Shown here: piece after piece, positions 16,333 to 25,393 of the stretch
Numbering within the stretch: the first letter of the stretch is position 1
Layout: each line of letters opens with the position of its first letter
DNA from: Thermoplasmata archaeon
GTDB lineage: Archaea > Thermoplasmatota > SW-10-69-26 > JACQPN01 > JAJPHT01
NCBI GenBank assembly: GCA_034667685.1
Contig: JAXDQU010000038.1
Coordinates: 1-29,576 of the forward strand
Direction of reading: 5' to 3'
DNA: 29,576 nucleotides
The notes under the pieces: generated by a model
The model's database searches: none
Told to the model about the DNA's origin: nothing
The model's input: the letters and a program-made list of their open reading frames with translations, nothing else
Made by a program: the position numbers and the translations under genes

Positions 16333-18371
16333 GCTTGCGCCACGAGGGCCTCGTGGGCCGCGGGCAGGAGGCCGGCCTTCTCCAGCTTCTTCTTGGCGCG
16401 GTGGACGCTGGGCGCGGAGAGGCCGAGGCGCGCGCCGGCCTCGCGCAGCGGGATCCTGGGCTCGCGGGCGTAGAGGTCGTACACGGCGCGCAGGCTCCCG
16501 GCGCGCAGGATCGCCTCGCGGCGCGCGGCTTCCGGAGGCACCTCGCCGGCCGCGAAGAATCGCACGAACTTCTCCTCCTCGATGCGCACGAGGAGCCGGT
16601 GCTTCACGAGCTGGTCGAGGTGGTGGCGCGTGGCGCCCTCGCCGATGGCGGCGAAGTCGACCAGCTCCGCGAGGTGGATGCCCGGCTCGGCGCGGACGCG
16701 CTCGTAGAGGCGCGCGCGGACGGGGTTGTCCAGCAGCGCGTCGCGGCGCAGGCGCGTGAAGAGGGGGACGAGCAGGAGCTTGATCGCGAGAAGCAGCAGC
16801 GCGAGGCCGGTGAGCGCCGCGCCGTCCGCGAGGCCCGTGCCGAGGCCGGGGCCGGCCAGGGCGCTCGCCACCGAGCCGCGGGCGTCGAGGCCGCCGTGGA
16901 TCGGCCGCGCGAGGAGCGATCCCGCGTCGGCGGTGCGTCGGGCTTCCGCGACGCCGGTGGCCCCGCCGCTCTTGGCGTCGAACTGGAGCACGCGCCCTTG
17001 GGCGTCGCTGGCGCCGGTGCCCGAGACGTCGGCGAGGTTCCAGCCGATGCTCGTGAAGTTGCCGTACTGGAAGGCGTAGAACGCGATGTGCTGGAGGTGC
17101 GCCACGTCGAGGCCCTGCGCCTGCGCGGCGTCGCGCACGAGCTGCGTCGTGGCGAGGTCGGGCATGGCCGCCGGATCGGCGCGCTTCGGCTCGCTCCACG
17201 GGAACGATTCGCTGGAAGCCGGCTTCGCGGCGCCCGGGAGGCTCGCGCCCAGGCCCATGAGGGCGCCCGAGCGCGACGTGTACCAGGCGCGGGCGGCCTG
17301 GCCGTCGCTCAGGGCGATCATCCAAGCGCCCTCGCCGTCCTGCGCGCCGTTGCCGCCGCCGGTCCGCTCGTAGTCGGCCATGACGAGCGAGGCGTCGGGG
17401 TGCGACCTCAGCCACGCGGAGAAGCCGGTCTGGGGATCGGCCTGGAGGTTCGCGAACGCCTCGTCGTAGGCGTACGGGAGCTGGAAGGGCGCGTCGTCGA
17501 TGCGGAGCCTCTCGAAGGGGCGGAAGCTGCCGCCCGGGTTGCGCGTGGGCAGCGTCGCGCCGCCCGCGGCGACGGGGGCGTCGTCGCCGACTTCGAGGCC
17601 CACGAGCGCCCATTCGGCGGAGGCCGTCTTTCCGGAGCTGGCCTCGCGCACCTCCTCGTCGCCCGCGACGAGCCCCGGAAGGCCGTCCGCGAGCGTGACG
17701 CTGGTGTAGCCCTCCAGCCCGCCCGCCTGCGGCTCGTGCGCGAGGAGCGCGCGGAGGTCGTAGCGGATCACGAGCGCGGGCCGGCCGTGGAACGTGGTCG
17801 CCACCGCGGGCTCGGACTGGACGTCGCCCTCCGGGGCCGGGGTGGGGACGAGGTCGTGGAGCTGCACGCGCTGCCCCTCACGGACCTCGCTCGCGACGGT
17901 GAGCGGGAGGCCGCAATCGCCGCCGAACGCGACGTCGAACGTCTCGTTGAAGTCGGTCGCGGGCCGGTCGAGGAGCGGGAGGCCCAGGCCCGTGCCGGAC
18001 CCGTTCTGGTGATAGCGCCAGTCGTAGCCGCCGACCGCGTAGTCGGCGCGGACGACGTCCTGGCCTCCCGAGAGCACGTGGCAGAGGACGGACGAGGTGA
18101 GCTTGCCGTCGCGGTTCTCCTCCTGGTGGAGGTCCAGCGTGGCGCGGTCGATCCCGAATGCGTCGACCGCGTGGCTCGGCCCGTCGATCCGGAGGACGCG
18201 CGACCCGTGGTGGACCTCGCCGTCGCTCCCGCGCTCCGTCGTGTCGTAGCGCAGCGCGTCCCCGACGTGGTAGGGCGCGACGCGCACCTTGACGGGAAGG
18301 AGCCACGAGGCTTCCGCGGCGGGCGTGGCGAGCAGGAGGGCCAGGACGAGAGGGACGGCGTATCCTCGCAT
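16329..18371 (-). CDS. Signal peptide + large ectodomain + TM + tandem winged-HTH regulator (680 aa)
   Basis: MRGYAVPLVLALLLATPAAEA; TM AALTGLALLLLAIKLLLVPLF; LLDNPVRARLYERVRAEPGI...RHHLDQL; second HTH LGLSAPSVHRAKKKLEKAGLL. Confidence 0.85.
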   Translation of the reverse strand: MRGYAVPLVLALLLATPAAEASWLLPVKVRVAPYHVGDALRYDTTERGSDGEVHHGSRVLRIDGPSHAVDAFGIDRATLDLHQEENRDGKLTSSVLCHVLSGGQDVVRADYAVGGYDWRYHQNGSGTGLGLPLLDRPATDFNETFDVAFGGDCGLPLTVASEVREGQRVQLHDLVPTPAPEGDVQSEPAVATTFHGRPALVIRYDLRALLAHEPQAGGLEGYTSVTLADGLPGLVAGDEEVREASSGKTASAEWALVGLEVGDDAPVAAGGATLPTRNPGGSFRPFERLRIDDAPFQLPYAYDEAFANLQADPQTGFSAWLRSHPDASLVMADYERTGGGNGAQDGEGAWMIALSDGQAARAWYTSRSGALMGLGASLPGAAKPASSESFPWSEPKRADPAAMPDLATTQLVRDAAQAQGLDVAHLQHIAFYAFQYGNFTSIGWNLADVSGTGASDAQGRVLQFDAKSGGATGVAEARRTADAGSLLARPIHGGLDARGSVASALAGPGLGTGLADGAALTGLALLLLAIKLLLVPLFTRLRRDALLDNPVRARLYERVRAEPGIHLAELVDFAAIGEGATRHHLDQLVKHRLLVRIEEEKFVRFFAAGEVPPEAARREAILRAGSLRAVYDLYAREPRIPLREAGARLGLSAPSVHRAKKKLEKAGLLPAAHEALVAQA

Positions 18372-18426
18372 GCCCTGACCACCTCGCACGGGGGTATTCC
18401 CCTCGCTGGAGGGATCGGCTAGCGTC

Positions 18427-18681
18427 CTAAGTCCTTCGGCGCGGGCCATAGTCAGGCGGCTCGTCCCCGCGCCGGGCGCGCGCCTTCAGGACCGCGCGGT
18501 GCTCGAAGTATTCCACGATGCCCAGCACGCTGCCCACGAGCACGAGCGCGGTCCAGACGAAGACCTGGTCGCCGTCGGCCCGCGCGCGGCGCGCCATCCA
18601 GACCGCCGGCGCGACGAAGAAGGCGAGGTAGGCCACCGCGATCACGGCCCACTGCCACGGGGCGAGGGTGAGGGCGGCCAC
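18427..18681 (-). CDS. Small 2-TM membrane protein (84 aa)
   Basis: GTG start, two hydrophobic helices and a basic tail. Confidence 0.6.
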   Translation of the reverse strand: MAALTLAPWQWAVIAVAYLAFFVAPAVWMARRARADGDQVFVWTALVLVGSVLGIVEYFEHRAVLKARARRGDEPPDYGPRRRT

Positions 18682-18727
18682 GCGGCTGCGACACGGGCGG
18701 GGCGCCTTGAGGCTTCGCCCCGCGTCT

Positions 18728-19002
18728 GCTTTGCACCCCAATCCTGTGGTGCATGGCTTCGCCAGCCGCCATCACGCCAGCACGCGCGCGAGGAAGCGGA
18801 TTCCGAAGCCTGATGGCGTGATAATCGGGGTGCAAAGCGCCCACCTCGTGTGGCGTGTCCGTCGCCGCGTTCGTGTCCATCATCGGGCCACGCCCGGCCC
18901 CGAGGCCTTGTGCCCGAAATCCCCGCCAGCACGCGAGCACGCCACCACGCTGCGGAATCGGGCTTCCTGGAGCGAGTGTTGGGGTGTTGGCGTGATGGCG
19001 GC
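18728..19002. repeat. Nested inverted-repeat element (element D), possible structured RNA or MITE-like element
   Basis: Perfect IRs 18728-18739/18827-18838 (12 bp) and 18765-18779/18988-19002 (15 bp); two degenerate units of about 65-75 nt in opposite orientation. Confidence 0.7.
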
Positions 19003-19049
19003 CGAGCGAAGCGAACCAGAAAACGCTCGAACACGCCCACGGCGCGAAG

Positions 19050-19261
19050 TCAGACGTAGCTCGCGTCGCGGCGCTCGGCCTGGGCACCGGCGGCGCCGTT
19101 CTCCTCCTCGTCGTCGACCGCGAGCCGGTCGAGGAAGACGACCTGCGGACCCTGCGCCCCGAAGGCCTGGAGCCCCATCTCGACGCCCTCCGCGAGGCCC
19201 ACGTGCGCGCGGATCGCGTTGCCGTCGTCGAGGACGAGGAGCGCGTGGCCGGGTCCAGCAC
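19050..19261 (-). CDS. Small acidic hypothetical protein; start unresolved, possible 1-nt frameshift
   Basis: Strongly GC3-biased frame GHALLVLDDGNA...RRDASYV; the nearest plausible start GTG 19261 is one base out of frame. Confidence 0.45.
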
Positions 19262-19303
19262 GCCAGGCGGTCGGACGCCGGCCCGCGAACGGGTTCGGCT
19301 CTG

Positions 19304-21856
19304 TTACGCAGGCCCGCGGTAGAAATGGCCCGTCGTGAACCCGTCGGGGCACGTGGTTTCCAGCGCCTTCCATTCGCCGCGTGTCACGGCATGGCCGGGC
19401 CGGGCGAGGACCTGCAGGTAGAGCCTGACCTGCTCGCGCAGCGCGTCGGGCGCGGTGCCGATGCTCTCGATGCGGAGGACGTCAAGGCCCGCGGCGGCGA
19501 GGTCGGGGAGGCGGTTGAGCATGGCCAGCTCGACCGCGTTGAGGATGTACATGCGGCACGCGCCGTCGGTGGCCAGCGGGAAGCGCGCGCCGGTGCGGTC
19601 CTGGAGCGAGTAGGCCGTCTCGTGGCAGGGCGCCCACGTGCCCCCGGGCATCTGGCAGGCGGTCGCGTGGCCGATGCTGCAATACTCGCTCGTCATGAGC
19701 GTGAGCCGGCCGTGCACGAGCGCTTCGAGCGGCGCCTCGGTGTGCCGCGCGACGTCGGCCATCTGCTCCAGCGTCAATTCGGGCGAGAGCGTGATGCGCG
19801 CGGCGCCGTGCTGCGTGAGGAAGTTGGTGGTGACGGAGTTGTAGACGTTGATCGGCCAGTCGGCGACGAACGGCACGCCCTCCTCCTTGGCGACCTGGCA
19901 CGCGCCGTGGTTCCCGGCCAGCACGCCCGCGAACGCCGGGCTCGCGCGGATCTCGCGCACCGCGTCCCGGAGCGCCTCGACCTCCCAGTCCTTCTGGATC
20001 ATGCCGCTGGCGATCCACAGCTTCGCGCCGTGCGCCTCCGCGAGCGCCGCGGCCTCGACGAGCGGGTCCCACTTGGGCTGGAGGCCGCCGACCTTCAGGC
20101 CCGTGTAGTAGATCGTCCTCGCGCCGCCCTCCAGCGCCGCGCGCACGTTGTCGAGCCCCCAGCAGTTCACGGCGAGCGAGAGCGCGCGCCGGCGCTGCGC
20201 GGTCGGGAACGTGGGCGGCGCGGGCGCGGCGAGCGGCGCCCTGTGATATCGTTCCGCGATGGCCTTCTCCAGCGCGGCGACGGCGCCGCGGCGCGCCTCG
20301 TTGAGCTCGCCCAGCGGGACGAAGGCGTTGGGCGCCACACGCACCTCGACCGTGTCGGCGTCGAAGGGCGTCTCGCTGAGCTTCGTGACGTGCTCGCGCA
20401 CGGTGGTCTCGGCGAGCGGCGCCTTGCGGGCCGGCTGCACGACGAACCCCTCGTGCGTGGCGGTGACGTCGCGCTCCGTGTCGCGCAGCTCGACGCGGAT
20501 GGGCTTTCCGACCTCCAGCGTGGCGCGCAATGCGACGCCGACGCGGCGCAGCGGCGGGCCCTGGAACGTGGCGCGCGCGGTCTCCAGCGTCTCGTGGTCC
20601 GCGGTCTTGTAGACCTTGTCGCCGGGCCCGGAGGGGGCGAAGCCCTTCAGCGTGACCGTCATGCCCGGCGTCGCCTCGGTGATCCAGCGCCCCCCGAAGT
20701 CGATCTGCGTGACGGTGAAGCCGTACTCCTCGGGCGCCTCGTCGCGCTGGCTTCCCTCGTGGGGCGCGTGGATGACGCTGATGCCGTCCTTGACGTGGAG
20801 GGCGTCGAAGAGCTTGACCGTCACGAAGCCGCGCCCCGACGCGACGACCTCGCCCAGCGGCGTGCCGCGGTTGCCGTCGGTGTCCCAGCTCGTGAACGCC
20901 CACTTCTCCTTGCCTTCGAGGTAGCCGGGCGTGAACTCGCGGTTGAACACGGCCATGACGGCCTTGTGCTCCGCGGCGGTGATGTGGAAGTCGCCCGCGT
21001 AGTAGCGCTCGATCGCGGTGCGGTACGCGCGCGTGACGACGGCAACGTACTCGGGGCGCTTCATGCGGCCCTCGATCTTGAAGGACGTGACGCCCGACTC
21101 GATGAGCTGCGGGATGCTCTCGATCTGGTTGAGGTCCTTCGAGGATAGCACGTGCTTCTGCTCGACCTCGGGCATGACCTCGCCGTTGGCCGTCATGTCG
21201 TAGGGGAGACGGCACGTGTAGGCGCACGCGCCACGGTTGCCGGAACGCTCGCCGATGACGCTGCTCATCAGGCATTGCCCCGAGTAGCAGTAGCAGAGCG
21301 CGCCGTGGACGAACGTCTCCAGCTCGGCCCCGCTCTTCTGCTTCATCTGCGTGATGTCCTTGAGCGTCATCTCGCGGGCGAGGATCGCGCGCTCGGCGCC
21401 GAGGTCTTCCAGCCACTTCACGCCCTTGCTGTTGTGGACGGTCGCCTGCGTGCTGATGTGGAGCGGCAGGTCCGGGAAGAGGTCGCGCAGGATGCGCATG
21501 ATGCCCAGGTCCTGCACGATCACCGCGTCCGCGCCCGCCTCACGGATCGTGGCGAGGAACGGCACGAGGTCGGCGAACTCGTCGTTGAAGACGAGCGTGT
21601 TGACCGTGACGAAGACCTTGACGCCGCGCACGTGCGCGAAGTCGATGCCGGCGCGAAGCTCCTCGTCGGTGAAGTTCTTGGCGAACTTGCGCGCGCCGAA
21701 GTGCTGCCCGGCGAGGTACACCGCGTCCGCGCCGTTCTCGACCGCCGCGACCAGCGCCTCGAAGCTGCCGGCCGGCGCGAGGAGCTCGACGCGCTTGGCC
21801 TGCGCCGCCTTCGCGAGGGGCAGCCGGAAGCTCGTCACGACGCGGGCCGGAGGCAT
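19304..21856 (-). CDS. Long U32-family Fe-S protein with DUF3656-like region (RlhA-like RNA hydroxylase candidate)
   Basis: ELLAPAGS, HISTQ, CYCYSGQCLMS...NRGACAYTCR, KIEGRMK; second degenerate U32-like domain at the C-terminus. Confidence 0.9.
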   Translation of the reverse strand: MPPARVVTSFRLPLAKAAQAKRVELLAPAGSFEALVAAVENGADAVYLAGQHFGARKFAKNFTDEELRAGIDFAHVRGVKVFVTVNTLVFNDEFADLVPFLATIREAGADAVIVQDLGIMRILRDLFPDLPLHISTQATVHNSKGVKWLEDLGAERAILAREMTLKDITQMKQKSGAELETFVHGALCYCYSGQCLMSSVIGERSGNRGACAYTCRLPYDMTANGEVMPEVEQKHVLSSKDLNQIESIPQLIESGVTSFKIEGRMKRPEYVAVVTRAYRTAIERYYAGDFHITAAEHKAVMAVFNREFTPGYLEGKEKWAFTSWDTDGNRGTPLGEVVASGRGFVTVKLFDALHVKDGISVIHAPHEGSQRDEAPEEYGFTVTQIDFGGRWITEATPGMTVTLKGFAPSGPGDKVYKTADHETLETARATFQGPPLRRVGVALRATLEVGKPIRVELRDTERDVTATHEGFVVQPARKAPLAETTVREHVTKLSETPFDADTVEVRVAPNAFVPLGELNEARRGAVAALEKAIAERYHRAPLAAPAPPTFPTAQRRRALSLAVNCWGLDNVRAALEGGARTIYYTGLKVGGLQPKWDPLVEAAALAEAHGAKLWIASGMIQKDWEVEALRDAVREIRASPAFAGVLAGNHGACQVAKEEGVPFVADWPINVYNSVTTNFLTQHGAARITLSPELTLEQMADVARHTEAPLEALVHGRLTLMTSEYCSIGHATACQMPGGTWAPCHETAYSLQDRTGARFPLATDGACRMYILNAVELAMLNRLPDLAAAGLDVLRIESIGTAPDALREQVRLYLQVLARPGHAVTRGEWKALETTCPDGFTTGHFYRGPA

Positions 21857-21883
21857 GACGCGGCCGCTTACCTCCCATCGCAC

Positions 21884-22516
21884 TTAAAGGGCGCGGACGG
21901 CCAGCCAGACGCTCGCGTACTGGAGCGCGGCGCCCACGAGGACGAAGACGTGCCAGAGCCCGTGGAATCCGACGCGCGAGGGCCACGGGTCGGGGCGCCT
22001 GCGCGCGTAGACGATCGCCCCGAGCGTGTACGTCGCGCCCCCGAGCACGAGCGCCGCGAGCGAGGCCGCGGGCAGGCCCGTGACGATCGTCTTCGCGCCC
22101 AGGATGCCGCTCCAACCGAGCGCGACGTAGAGGGCGACGGTGATCCAGCGCGGCGCGAAGGGGCGGAAGACCTTCAGCGCCACACCCGCCAGCGCGAGCG
22201 CCCACACGAGCGTGAGGAGCCAGCGCGCCGCTACCCCCGGCAGCGCCACGAGGCAGAAGGGCGTGTACGTGCCCGCGATGAAGAAGTAGATCGCGACGTG
22301 GTCGAGCCGCCGCGTCCAGCCCGCCTCGCTGCGCACGACGTGGTGGAGCGCGCTGGAGGCGAGCATGAGCACGAGCGTGGCGCCGTAGACGAGCATCGCC
22401 GCGACCGCGAGCGGGCCGGAGACGCGCGAGGTCAGCAGCGCGGCGCCCACGAGGCCCAGCCCCGCGCCCAGCGCGTGCGTCCAGAACGAGAACGCCTCCT
22501 CGCGCGCGACGGGCAC
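21884..22516 (-). CDS. Hemolysin III/PAQR family membrane protein
   Basis: EEAFSFWTH, SSALHH, RRLDHVAIYFFIAGTYTP, FHGLWHVFV. Confidence 0.92.
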   Translation of the reverse strand: MPVAREEAFSFWTHALGAGLGLVGAALLTSRVSGPLAVAAMLVYGATLVLMLASSALHHVVRSEAGWTRRLDHVAIYFFIAGTYTPFCLVALPGVAARWLLTLVWALALAGVALKVFRPFAPRWITVALYVALGWSGILGAKTIVTGLPAASLAALVLGGATYTLGAIVYARRRPDPWPSRVGFHGLWHVFVLVGAALQYASVWLAVRAL

Positions 22517-22541
22517 GCGGCAGGCTCGCGCCGTGGGCGCA

Positions 22542-22910
22542 TCACGCTTGCGAAGCGCGCCACAGCCCCACGCCGCGCAGCGCGCCCGCGAGCGCCAGCA
22601 CGAGGACGAGCGCGCCCAGCGCCATGAGCATCGGCGTGCCCGTGGTCAGGAACGCGAGCGAGGCGAGCGCGGCGAGCAGCGCGCCAAGCTCGGCCGTCGC
22701 GACGAACGGGCGTCCGGCGCGCGGCGCCGCCAGCAGGCTCAACGCGAACGGGATGCCCGCGACGGCCAGGAGCAGCAGGCCGAAGACGAACCAGCCCAGG
22801 TCCTCGAACCCCTGCGGCGGCTTGGCGCGCGCCCACGCGATCAGCGCCGCGGCTGCCAGGACCAGCAGGACGCCAAGCGAGAAGAGGACCCGCGAGACGA
22901 GGCCGCGCAC
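22542..22910 (-). CDS. 4-TM membrane protein
   Basis: Hydrophobic ORF; GTG start inferred. Confidence 0.6.
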   Translation of the reverse strand: MRGLVSRVLFSLGVLLVLAAAALIAWARAKPPQGFEDLGWFVFGLLLLAVAGIPFALSLLAAPRAGRPFVATAELGALLAALASLAFLTTGTPMLMALGALVLVLALAGALRGVGLWRASQA

Positions 22911-22975
22911 GCGCGAGGGTGGGACGCGCGCACGCGAAAGGATTCCGGAAGGTTGGGCTTCCGCCCAACCCTGGC

Positions 22976-23125
22976 TTACACGCCGCGGCCTTCCTTGGCC
23001 TTGACGCGAAGCTCTTGGCTGCGGCACTTGCGGCAGCGCGTCGAGCGCATGGGGTTGCGCGCGTAGCAGTTCATGCAGATCTTCTTGACGAGGGTGCGGG
23101 CCTCCGCTTCAGCGAACTTGGCCAT
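22976..23125 (-). CDS. rpl40e: 50S ribosomal protein L40e (49 aa), absent from the ORF track
   Basis: Hand translation [49 protein letters not shown]; ICxxCxARNP...CRKC signature. Confidence 0.95.
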   Translation of the reverse strand: MAKFAEAEARTLVKKICMNCYARNPMRSTRCRKCRSQELRVKAKEGRGV

Positions 23126-23164
23126 GGAAGGTCACCTGGGACAGCCGCGGGACGCTGGGATTCG

Positions 23165-23170
23165 TATAAA
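23165..23170. promoter_or_regulatory. TATA box between divergent rpl40e and the membrane-protein gene
   Basis: TATAAA (+) / TTTATA (-); 25 nt upstream of ATG 23195 and 40 nt upstream of ATG 23125. Confidence 0.65.
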
Positions 23171-23194
23171 TACGCTTGGTCGGATGGGCGCGCG

Positions 23195-23464
23195 ATGGCC
23201 ACGCTGGCGGAGCGCCGGGAGCGCGCGCGCAACCTCGCGACGCGCATCGTCTCGGGCGCCATCATGCTGGCGGGCGCGACGCTGGTCGTCTTCGCCTTCT
23301 TCCTCACGTTCTACGGTGGCGCGAGCTACCTCTTCCTCTCGGTGCTGCTGGGCGCCGCCGGCATCGGCCTGGGGCTCCTGGGCTTCTTCTTCCAGCTCGT
23401 GCCGATGCGGCTCGACGAGCTGGCCGCGCAGAAGCGCGACTACGACGCGCGCCAGGTCAAGTAG
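23195..23464 (+). CDS. Small 2-TM membrane protein (89 aa)
   Basis: MATLAERRERARN...; two TM helices. Confidence 0.7.
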   Translation: MATLAERRERARNLATRIVSGAIMLAGATLVVFAFFLTFYGGASYLFLSVLLGAAGIGLGLLGFFFQLVPMRLDELAAQKRDYDARQVK

Positions 23465-23482
23465 GCATGGGCGCTGGCCGGC

Positions 23483-24415
23483 CTAGCGCCGCGCGCGCGG
23501 AACCCAGCAGCGCACCTCGCGCCGGTATGCGTTGTAGGGCTCGCCGAACTTCGCCGCGAGGTCGCGCTCCTCCGCGGGGCGCACGAAGCGGTCCCACAGC
23601 CCCGCGCCGGCGAGCACGTACAGGATGCCCACGGGCGAGCCGAGCCCGACGACGACGGCGAGGCCCTGGCCGAGGCCCGCGACCACCATCGGATTGCGGA
23701 GGATCCGGTAGGGGCCCGCGGCGACGAGCCGGTTCGTGCCGTCGATCGGGACCGGCGTGCCCTCGCCGCGCGACGCCATGGTGAGGCCGCTCCAGAGGCC
23801 CAGCGCGCTGCACGCGAGGAAGAGCGCGACGGCGAGGACGCGCTGGCCCGGGAACGCGAAGCGCGGCACGCCCAGGCGCCCCTCGACGAAGACGATGCCC
23901 AGGGGCAGGAGCGCCAGGAAGAACGTCCAGAACGCCACGATCCAGCCCAGCGTGGCGGCGAGGTGGCGGCGCGGGTCCGCGGGGCGCGCGCGGCGGAAGA
24001 CGGAAAGCAGATCTGGGCTGGCGTCGAGGGCGAAGAACGCGGCGAACGTCGCGGCCGGCACCATGAGGAGGACGGCGAGCCAGCCCCCGTCGCGCAGCGC
24101 GGCCCACGCGAGCACGTACGCGGCGGCGTACACGGTGGCGCCGGCGCTGGCCCACGCGAGCGGCGGGCCCCAGCGGTGGCCGGCCCAGAGCGTGAGCGCG
24201 GCCGCGAGGGCGAGCGCGCACGACGCCGCGTCCGGCAGCAGGAACGCCAGGAGGTCGAGGTCGTCGGCGCCCGCGGGCCGGAACGCGCCGCGCCACGCGG
24301 GATGGGCGAGGAGCGCGATCCACCACGCCGCCGTGGCGAGCGCTTGCGCCGCGAAGAAGACGGGCGCGCCGCGCGTGCCGGAGAACGAGCGCATCGTGGG
24401 TGCAGGCGGGCGCAT
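23483..24415 (-). CDS. Isoprenylcysteine carboxyl methyltransferase/PEMT-family membrane protein with extra N-terminal TM region
   Basis: GEGTPVP...LVAAGPYRILRNPM...EERDLAAKFGEPYNAYRREVRCWVP; TGATG coupling. Confidence 0.88.
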   Translation of the reverse strand: MRPPAPTMRSFSGTRGAPVFFAAQALATAAWWIALLAHPAWRGAFRPAGADDLDLLAFLLPDAASCALALAAALTLWAGHRWGPPLAWASAGATVYAAAYVLAWAALRDGGWLAVLLMVPAATFAAFFALDASPDLLSVFRRARPADPRRHLAATLGWIVAFWTFFLALLPLGIVFVEGRLGVPRFAFPGQRVLAVALFLACSALGLWSGLTMASRGEGTPVPIDGTNRLVAAGPYRILRNPMVVAGLGQGLAVVVGLGSPVGILYVLAGAGLWDRFVRPAEERDLAAKFGEPYNAYRREVRCWVPRARR

Positions 24416-25074
24416 CAGGCCGCAAGGGCCTTCGCCAAGCGTCCGGCGCGCTCGCGGACCTGGATGTTGGGGTGGCCGCGCATCGGCGCGACGGCGGGGC
24501 CCAGCTCCGCGCGCGCCTCCAGCGTCAGGTGCGGCAGCAGCCCTTCGATGGCGGCGAGGATCTCGCGCGCCTCCTGCGCCGCGCGCGGGCTCTTGGCCTG
24601 GCCCAGGGCGTGGGCAAGCTGGTGCGCGGCGTCGCCGGCGCGCTCGGGCATCTCGGCGCCGATGCGGCCCAGCGCGCGGGCGGCCTCCTCGCGCAGCGCG
24701 GGGCGCTTGGCGTGATCGAGGACGTCCCGGATGAGCGGAAGCGCGAGCGCGGCCTCGGGGCGGGCCAGGTGCGCGATGGAGGCGAGCGCGCTCAGGGCGC
24801 TGGCCTGCGCGTCGGGCTCGGACGCGCCGAGCGCCTCGATGATCGGCTGGGCGTAGGGCGCGACGAGCTGGGGCTTGCCGCGCGCGATCTCCTCGAAGGC
24901 GCGCAGCGTGGAGACGCGGACCGACGAGAGCGGGTCCTTCAGCAGCGGCGCGACCTTGGCGAGGCGGCCGCCGTCCTCCTTGAGCGCCTGCGCCAGCGCC
25001 TTGGCCGACAGCTTGGAGCCGGAAGCCAGGCGCTCGCGCCACAGGGCGCCGAAGTCTTCGGGTGGAGCCGGCAC
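24415..25074 (-). CDS. HEAT-repeat protein
   Basis: LLKDPLSSVR, LREEAARALGRIG, HPNIQVRERA helical repeats. Confidence 0.75.
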   Translation of the reverse strand: MPAPPEDFGALWRERLASGSKLSAKALAQALKEDGGRLAKVAPLLKDPLSSVRVSTLRAFEEIARGKPQLVAPYAQPIIEALGASEPDAQASALSALASIAHLARPEAALALPLIRDVLDHAKRPALREEAARALGRIGAEMPERAGDAAHQLAHALGQAKSPRAAQEAREILAAIEGLLPHLTLEARAELGPAVAPMRGHPNIQVRERAGRLAKALAA

Positions 25075-25137
25075 GGGACTCGGCTCTCTGGCCGCCCCGT
25101 TAAGCCCGTTTCGGGAGGGACGGGCGGTCCCTGTGGC

Positions 25138-25326
25138 TCAGCTGGGCTTGCGGGGCGCGTGCATCGCGCGCATGATGTCCTGGACGCGCAGCCACCGGTT
25201 GCAGCGCGAGCAGTTCATCCCGCCCGCGCGCGAGAGCGGCACCAGCGCCGTCGCGTTGGGCGCCGCGCACGAGGGGCAGACGAACGGGACCAGGACGGGG
25301 GGCTTCGGCAACGCAAGCTCCGACAT
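25138..25326 (-). CDS. CPxC-type zinc-finger microprotein (62 aa)
   Basis: FVCPSC...CSRC; TATA-like TTCATATA at 25355-25348. Confidence 0.65.
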   Translation of the reverse strand: MSELALPKPPVLVPFVCPSCAAPNATALVPLSRAGGMNCSRCNRWLRVQDIMRAMHAPRKPS

Positions 25327-25393
25327 ACACCATAGGCGGAGATTTCGGGGTCCGTACTATATGAAGGAGGTGGACTCCCTTAGCACGGTCGCC

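Noticed and set aside
18452-18883. Minus-strand ORF starting MMDTNAATDTPHEV
   Set aside because: It runs through the inverted-repeat element with poor codon bias and overlaps the better-supported membrane ORF in another frame.
19050-19061. C-terminal SYV as a proteasome-activating HbYX motif
   Set aside because: The residue before Tyr is Ser rather than hydrophobic, and there is no proteasome context; too weak.
21884-22516. Hemolysin or toxin role for the hemolysin III gene
   Set aside because: The family is a widespread PAQR-type membrane protein; the name does not imply toxicity.
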